From: Macrostomum lignano
Taxonomy: Eukaryota
Assembly (NCBI GenBank): GCA_002269645.1
Contig: NIVC01000052.1
Span: 434,001 to 498,000, forward strand
Length of the DNA: 64,000 bases
Reading direction: 5' to 3'
Numbering within the stretch: the first letter of the stretch is position 1; each line of letters starts with the position of its first letter. Positions 57,655 through 64,000 of this stretch are shown piece after piece. The position numbers and the translations under genes are program-made. The notes beneath the pieces are model-generated. The model saw nothing but the letters and a program-made list of their open reading frames with translations, was not told the DNA's origin and made no database searches.

Positions 57655-58532
57655 CAGCTCCTCAGCAGCCACTTAGCAGCCACTCATCCACTCAGCATCC
57701 ACTCAGCAGCTACTCAGCAGCCACTCAGCAGCTACTCAGCAGCCACTCAGCAGCTACTCAGCAGCCACTCAGCAGCCACTCAGCAGTCACTCAGCAGTCA
57801 CTCAGCAGTCACTCAGCAGTCACTCAGCAGCTACTCAGCAGCCACTCATCCACTCAGCATCCACTCAGCAGCTAGTTAGCATCCACTCAGCAGCTACTCA
57901 GCAGCCACTCAGCAGCTACTCAGCAGCCACTCAGCAGCTACTCAGCAGCCACTCAGCAGCTAATCAGCAGCCACTCAGCAGCCACTCAGCAGCCACTCAG
58001 CAGTCACTCAGCAGTCACTCAGCAGTCACTCAGCAGCTACTCAGCAGCCACTCATCCACTCAGCATCCACTCAGCAGCTAGTTAGCATCCACTCAGCAGC
58101 TACTCAGCAGCCACTCAGCAGCTACTCAGCAGCCACTCAGCTACTCAGCAGCCACTCAGCAGTTACTCAGCAGCCACTCAGCAGCTACTCAGCAGCCACT
58201 CAGCAGCCACTCAGCAGTCACTCAGCAGTCACTCAGCAGCTACTCAGCAGCCACTCATCCACTCAGCATCCACTCAGCAGCTAGTTAGCATCCACTCAGC
58301 AGCTACTCAGCAGCCACCCAGCAGCTACTCAGCAGCCACTCAGCAGCTACTCAGCAGCCACTCAGCAGCTACTCAGCAGCCACTCAGCAGCTACTCAGCA
58401 GCCACTCAGCAGCCACTCAGCAGTCACTCAGCAGTCACTCAGCAGTCACTCAGCAGCTACTCAGCAGCCACTCATCCACTCAGCAGCTAGTTAGCAGCCA
58501 CTCAGCAGCTACTCAGCAGCCACTCAGCAGCT
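57655..58532. repeat. 11-bp minisatellite (ACTCAGCAGC[C/T])n with higher-order blocks
   Basis: About 80 copies; the variant CAGCTAGTTAGCA recurs roughly every 200 bp. Confidence 0.95.
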
Positions 58533-58534
58533 CC

Positions 58535-58590
58535 TCAGGTGTCGCAGCAGCGGCTTCTCGGATTGGCGGACCAGCGGCGACGACGATCAA
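58535..58590 (-). CDS. Candidate alternative last exon of AMP deaminase (VDRRRRWSANPRSRCCDT*)
   Basis: Long pyrimidine tract ending CCCGCAG at 58591-58592; phase 1 matches a GTACCT donor at 59747 inside the long last exon. Confidence 0.45.
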
Positions 58591-59257
58591 CTGCGGGATG
58601 GAGAGGGGGGAAAGGGATGAAGGAGAATGGGGACTTGTGGGGGGGAAGGCAGCTGGGAGGCAAAAAAGTCAAATGCAGCCAGGTGAGACAAGAACAGCTA
58701 ATTTGAGCGCTTGGACTGCATGGCAGCAAAGCTAATAAACAACAATGGGCCTAAATTTAAAGACTGATGGCTAATGTAGAATAGCAAATGTAGAATAGCA
58801 AATGACACCCGAAGGACAATTAGAGGCGCAGAAGCTGCGGATTTCCCAAACCCACGTGACAAAATATGGTAAGCACCCAGTGTGAGCGTGTGTCCGAGCG
58901 TATGAGAACGTGCCTGAGTACGGTATTGGCGCTCACGACTTCTGACAATAATTTTGAGCCTGTCAAGGTTTGAGCATCTGAAAGCCCTCCCATAATAGTT
59001 AGTTACAAAGGAGATTAGAAGCCTGAGAACTGCTATATGAATAGCAGAGTGTTCGGTTCGGGTTAAACGCAAGCAAACTTCAAGCGCAGGTTAAAATTTT
59101 AAACGGCATGCCACCTTTTATTCTAGGCATGAAGAGGCCAGTTCACGCGTCGAGTCACCGGTGAGTCGAAGAAGCTGAGTAGCAGAGACTGCTCTCGCCC
59201 CTGCGGCAGCAATCGGCAGCTGGCGGATGCTTTTAGTAAATTAGAAAAGCAGGAAAG

Positions 59258-59612
59258 ACTCGGACCCAATACTAGGGATCTAGTCTCAGGCTCGGACCAA
59301 TACTAGGGATCTAGTCTCAGGCTCGGACTCAATACTAGGGATCTAGTCTCAGGCTCGGACCAATACTAGGGATCTAGTCTCAGGCTCGGACACACTACTA
59401 GGGATCTAGTCTCAGGCTCGGACCAATACTAGGGATCTAGTCTCAGGCTCGGACTCAATACTAGGGATATAGTCTCAGACTCGAACTCAATACTAGGGAT
59501 CTAGACCCGGACTTGGACTCAATACTAGGGATCTAGTCTCAGACTCGAACTCAATACTAGGGATCTAGACTCAGACTCGGACTCAATACTAGGGATCTAG
59601 ACTTGGACTCGG
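59258..59612. repeat. 31-bp minisatellite (CTAGGGATCTAGTCTCAGGCTCGGACCAATA)n
   Basis: About 11 copies. Confidence 0.92.
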
Positions 59613-59706
59613 ACTAAGAATGGAATGCGTGAGAGAGGCAGAGAGTCAGGCAAGGAGTAGGAAACGGGCCAAGCGCCACTGCACACGACACAGGCTGGTG
59701 GAAATG

Positions 59707-62700
59707 TCACGGCAGGAACATGGCTGGGCCTGGCAGAGGCGAGGTACCGGACACTCCGCCGTGCAGGCTGTGCGACCGGGACACTCTGCGGGAGCCGCCG
59801 CCTCCGCCGCTGGAGTGCCGCTGCTGCTGCTGATGGTTCGACGAGGACACGGAGCCGCCGCCGTGATGACAGGGCGGCGCGGTAACCAAGTCCAACTCGT
59901 GCAGCAGAGTCTCGTAACGGAAGGCCACCCGGATGCTGGGCAGGTTGGTGTGCCGGATGTCGTTGCCAGGCACGCCTTCCAGTTGGTAGCCGGAGCCCAG
60001 CCAGCGCTGTTTGACGTCGTGCGGGAAGCCGGACATGAGCACAGAGTTGCGGGCCAGCTCGCACATGTCTGTGTTGCTGAGCTTCCACACCTGGGCAGCG
60101 ATAGAGTATTCCTCCATAAGGGGCTCCTTGGTGAAGTGGAACATCAGCGGGTCGTCTGTGCTTAGCGTGACGCACAAGCCGCGAGCTAAGAAGTCGGGCA
60201 GCGGGCTGCGGCTGTACGGCAGGAAGAGGCTGTTGTTAGATAGCGGAGACATGGCCATGGGCACCTGGGCCAGGTAGTACAGGTACTGCAGCACCGGTGC
60301 CTGGTTTGTGTTGGGGTAGGTTGGATTGAGCATTAATAGCAAACCTAACCAAGTCAATTAGGCCCCACTCACAACCGAAGGGGTAATTAACACACCTAGT
60401 CAAAAGGGGTAATTAACACACCTAGACAAAAAGGGTAATTAACACACCTAGACAAAAGGGGTAATTAACACACCTAGACAAAAGGGGTAATTAACACACC
60501 TAGACAAAAAGGGTAATTAACACACCTAGACAAAAGGGGTAATTAACACACCTAATCAACGGGGTAATTAAAAGACCTAGACAAAAGGGGTAATTAACAC
60601 ACCTAATCAACGGGGTAATTAAAAGACCTAGACAAAAGGGGTAATTAACACACCTAGCCAAATGGGTTAATGATCACACCTAGCCAAAAATAATTAGATC
60701 AAAAAACAATTCCAAGGTAAGATAAACCAATTAGCCGAAATGAGAGTAGCAATAAACACATCCACCCCAAGCTAATAAAACTATCCAATTCTCTCACCTT
60801 TCTCAGCAGAAGGCCGTGATTAATATTATCAGCCAGCAGGAAGGCGGTGGCCAGGTGATGCACCGGCCCGGCCTCGCCGCAATGAGGCCTGAGCGTGATT
60901 GGCTGTATACCGCGAGCCTTGCGCAGCGCATTAAGCGGCACCAGGTTGGCGTACATATAGAACAGATAGTACGCGTACGGCGGGTTCCGGTCAGCGTCCG
61001 TCCAGTCGGCGGGCTCCGGAGAGTCGCGATCGAACACGACCGACTCGGGCTTGGACTCGTCGTCAACCGAATCGAAAGCCACCACCGACTGGAGAAAGCT
61101 GGCGAGCTGCGGGTGACCTTCCGGGTCCATTGTGGCGTCGAATAGCGGCCTGCAAAATTCGGGGAATATGGCCGAGGAGTGACTCAGGCTGCGTTACCAG
61201 GTTCCAGTTTCTCCTCACCAAAATCTAGGACGTCTGACCAAATGTAGGACATATGACCAAATGTAGGACATCTGACCAAATGTAGGACATCTGACCAAAT
61301 GTAGGACATCTGACCAAATGTAGGACATCTGACCAAATGTAGGACATCTGACCAAATGTAGGACATCTGACCAAATGTAGGACACCTGACCAAATGTAGG
61401 ACATCTGACCAAATGTAGGACATCTGACCAATGTAGGACACCTGACCAAATGTAGGACATCTGACCAAATGTAGGACACCTGACCAAATGTAGGACATCT
61501 GACCAAATGTAGGACACCTGACCAAATATAGGACACCTGACCAAATGTAGGACATCTGACCAAATGTAGGACACCTGACCAAATGTAGGACATCTGACCA
61601 AATGTAGGACACCTGACCAAATGTAGGACATCTGACCAAATGTAGGACACCTGACCAAATGTAGGACATCTGACCAAATGTAGGACATCTGACCAAATGT
61701 AGGACATCTGACCAAATGTAGGACATCTGACCAAATGTAGGACATCTGACCAAATGTAGGACATCTGACCAAATGTAGGACATCTGACCAAATGTAGGAC
61801 ACCTGACCAAATGTAGGACATCTGACCAAATGTAGGACATCTGACCAAATGTAGGACATCTGACCAAATGTAGGACATCTGACCAAATGTAGGACACCTG
61901 ACCAAATGTGGGACATCTGACCAAATGTAGGACATCTGACCAAATGTAGGACACCTGACCAAATGTAGGACATCTGACCAAATGTAGGACATCTGACCAA
62001 ATATAGGACACCTGACCAAATGTAGGACATCTGACCAAATGTAGGACATCTGACCAAATGTAGGACACCTGACCAAATGTAGGACATCTGACCAAATGTA
62101 GGACACCTGACCAAATGTAGGACATCTGACCAAATGTAGGACACCTGACCAAATGTAGGACATCTGACCAAATGTAGGACATCTGACCAATGTAGGACAC
62201 CTGACCAAATGTAGGACATCTGACCAAATGTAGGACATCTGACCAAATGTAGGACATCTGACCAAATGTAGGACATATGACCAAATGTAGGACATCTGAC
62301 CAAATGTAGGACATCTGGCCAAATGTAGGACATCTGACCAAATGCAGGACATATGACCAAATGTAGGACATCTGACCAAATGCAGGACATCTGACCAAAT
62401 GCAGGACATCTGACCAAATGCAGGACATCTGACCAAATGTAGGACACCTGACCAAATGTAGGACATCTGACCAAATGTAGGACATCTGACCAAATGTAGG
62501 ACATCTGACCAAATGTAGGACATCTGACCAAATGTAGGACATATGACCAAATGTAGGACATCTGACCAAATGTAGGACATCTGGCCAAATGTAGGACATC
62601 TGACCAAATGCAGGACATATGACCAAATGTAGGACATCTGACCAAATGCAGGACATCTGACCAAATGCAGGACATCTGACCAAATGTAGGACACCTGACC

Positions 62701-63613
62701 AAATGTAGGACATCTGACCAAATGTAGGACATCTGACCAAATGTAGGACATCTGACCAAATGTAGGACATCTGACCAAATGTAGGACATCTGACCAAATG
62801 TAGGACATCTGACCAAATGTAGGACACCTACTAAATACTCAAGACACCTGACCAATTACTCAAGACACCTGACCAATTACTCAAGACACCTGACCAAATA
62901 CTCAAGACACCTGACTAAATACTCAAGACACTTGACCAATTACTCAAGACACCTGACTAATTACTCAAGACACCTGACCAATTACTCAAGACACCTGACC
63001 AATTACTCAAGACACCTGACCAATTACTCAAGACACCTGACCAATTACTCAAGACACCTGACCAATTACTCAAGACACCTGACCAATTACTCAAGACACC
63101 TGACCAATTACTCAAGACACCTGACCAATTACTCAAGACACCTGACTAAATACTCAAGACACCTGACCAATTACTCAAGACACCTGACCAATTACTCAAG
63201 ACACCTGACCAATTACTCAAGACACCTGACTAAATACTCAAGACACCTGACCAATTACTCAAGACACCTGACCAATTACTCAAGACACCTGACCAATTAC
63301 TCAAGACACCTGACCAATTACTCAAGACACCTGACCAAATATCGGCAGCCGATCGCCCAACCAAACACCCCACCATCACTCACCTGAACAAATTGTCCAA
63401 GAAGGTCTGGAAATTGTCCAGCTGTCCGTGCCTTCGGTAAACGTCAAACAGCCTCGGTACCTGAATAATCCAGCGCACATTATCACCAAAGTCCAGCAAG
63501 CGGTGTTCGTGCGCCCAGCTAGCCAGCCGGTGCCACTCGTTGGAGCTGCGCCCGTAGATTGACAGGCGGAGCTCCGCGTTCTGGTAGGTCGAGTTGCGCA
63601 GATCCTGCATCAC
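59707..63613 (-). CDS. AMPD: AMP deaminase, 3' half (upstream exons lie beyond 64000)
   Basis: Exons 63613-63384 ([23 protein letters not shown]), 61149-60798 ([20 protein letters not shown]) and 60300-59707 ([41 protein letters not shown]) join in frame with GT-AG borders. Confidence 0.96.
60378..60690. repeat. 25-26-bp minisatellite (GGGGTAATTAACACACCTAGACAAAA)n in an AMPD intron
   Basis: About 12 copies. Confidence 0.92.
61226..63340. repeat. Compound array in an AMPD intron: 19-bp (GACATCTGACCAAATGTAG)n to about 62830, then 21-bp (AATTACTCAAGACACCTGACC)n
   Basis: About 84 copies plus about 24 copies sharing the core GACA[T/C]CTGACCA. Confidence 0.97.
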
Positions 63614-63699
63614 CTGCGAGAGGAAAATGAGGGTGGAGAAGAGGATCTGAAACTGCGGGTCTCCTGAGTCCAATCTCTATTAAATGCCTCTTCCGTAGC

Positions 63700-64000
63700 C
63701 CACCTCACTCCGCAGCACACCTCACTCCACAGCCCACCTCACTCTGCAGCCCACCTCACTCCGCAGCCCACCTCACTCCGCAGCCCACCTCACTCTGCAG
63801 CCCACCTCACTCTGCAGCCCACCTCACTCTGCAGCCCACCTCACTCCGCAGCCCACCTCACTCCGCAGCCACCTCACTCTGCAGCCCACCTCACTCTGCA
63901 GCCCACCTCACTCCGCAGCACACCTCACTCTGCAGCCCACCTCACTCTGCAGCCCACCTCACTCCGCAGCACACCTCACTCCGCAGCTCACCTCACAGCC
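63700..64000. repeat. 17-bp minisatellite (CCCACCTCACTCTGCAG)n in an AMPD intron
   Basis: About 18 copies, running off the window edge. Confidence 0.93.

Noticed and set aside
58535-58550. C-terminal CCDT as a CaaX prenylation signal
   Set aside because: Asp at the second aliphatic position is unfavourable for prenyltransferases, and the exon itself is unconfirmed.
61184-63387. ORFs of more than 500 aa ([19 protein letters not shown])n and (TNYSRHL)n
   Set aside because: 19- and 21-bp arrays inside an AMPD intron bounded by clear GT-AG sites.

Overview
Eukaryotic (metazoan) genomic DNA with GC-rich exons and about 40% of the window (rough sum of array lengths, ~26 kb) in locus-specific tandem repeats, many of them intronic. 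This architecture strongly resembles the flatworm Macrostomum lignano (inference, not proven). Genes reconstructed by hand from splice sites and frame: 5' part of tubulin-specific chaperone D (TBCD, minus), intronless DNPH1/RCL nucleotide N-hydrolase (minus), a complete 4-exon melatonin-receptor-like class A GPCR (minus), an intronless sigma-like glutathione S-transferase (plus), an orphan secreted prepropeptide (minus), an E75/Rev-erb-like (NR1) nuclear receptor (minus) and the 3' half of AMP deaminase (minus). Mobile DNA: a 5'-truncated RTE-like LINE with an intact RT frame, a 1.1-kb TIR element packed with hairpins, a 231-bp foldback MITE, a candidate solo LTR and two tRNA-like relics. Most notable: the TBCD 5' exon has a branch point and phase-0 acceptor but no start codon, fitting spliced-leader-donated AUG and a possible DNPH1-TBCD operon; the nuclear receptor lacks one of the eight zinc-binding cysteines; and the orphan peptide has a stop codon just before a splice donor. 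No prokaryotic-type system or CRISPR array is supported. The long low-complexity ORFs in the track are repeat artefacts.
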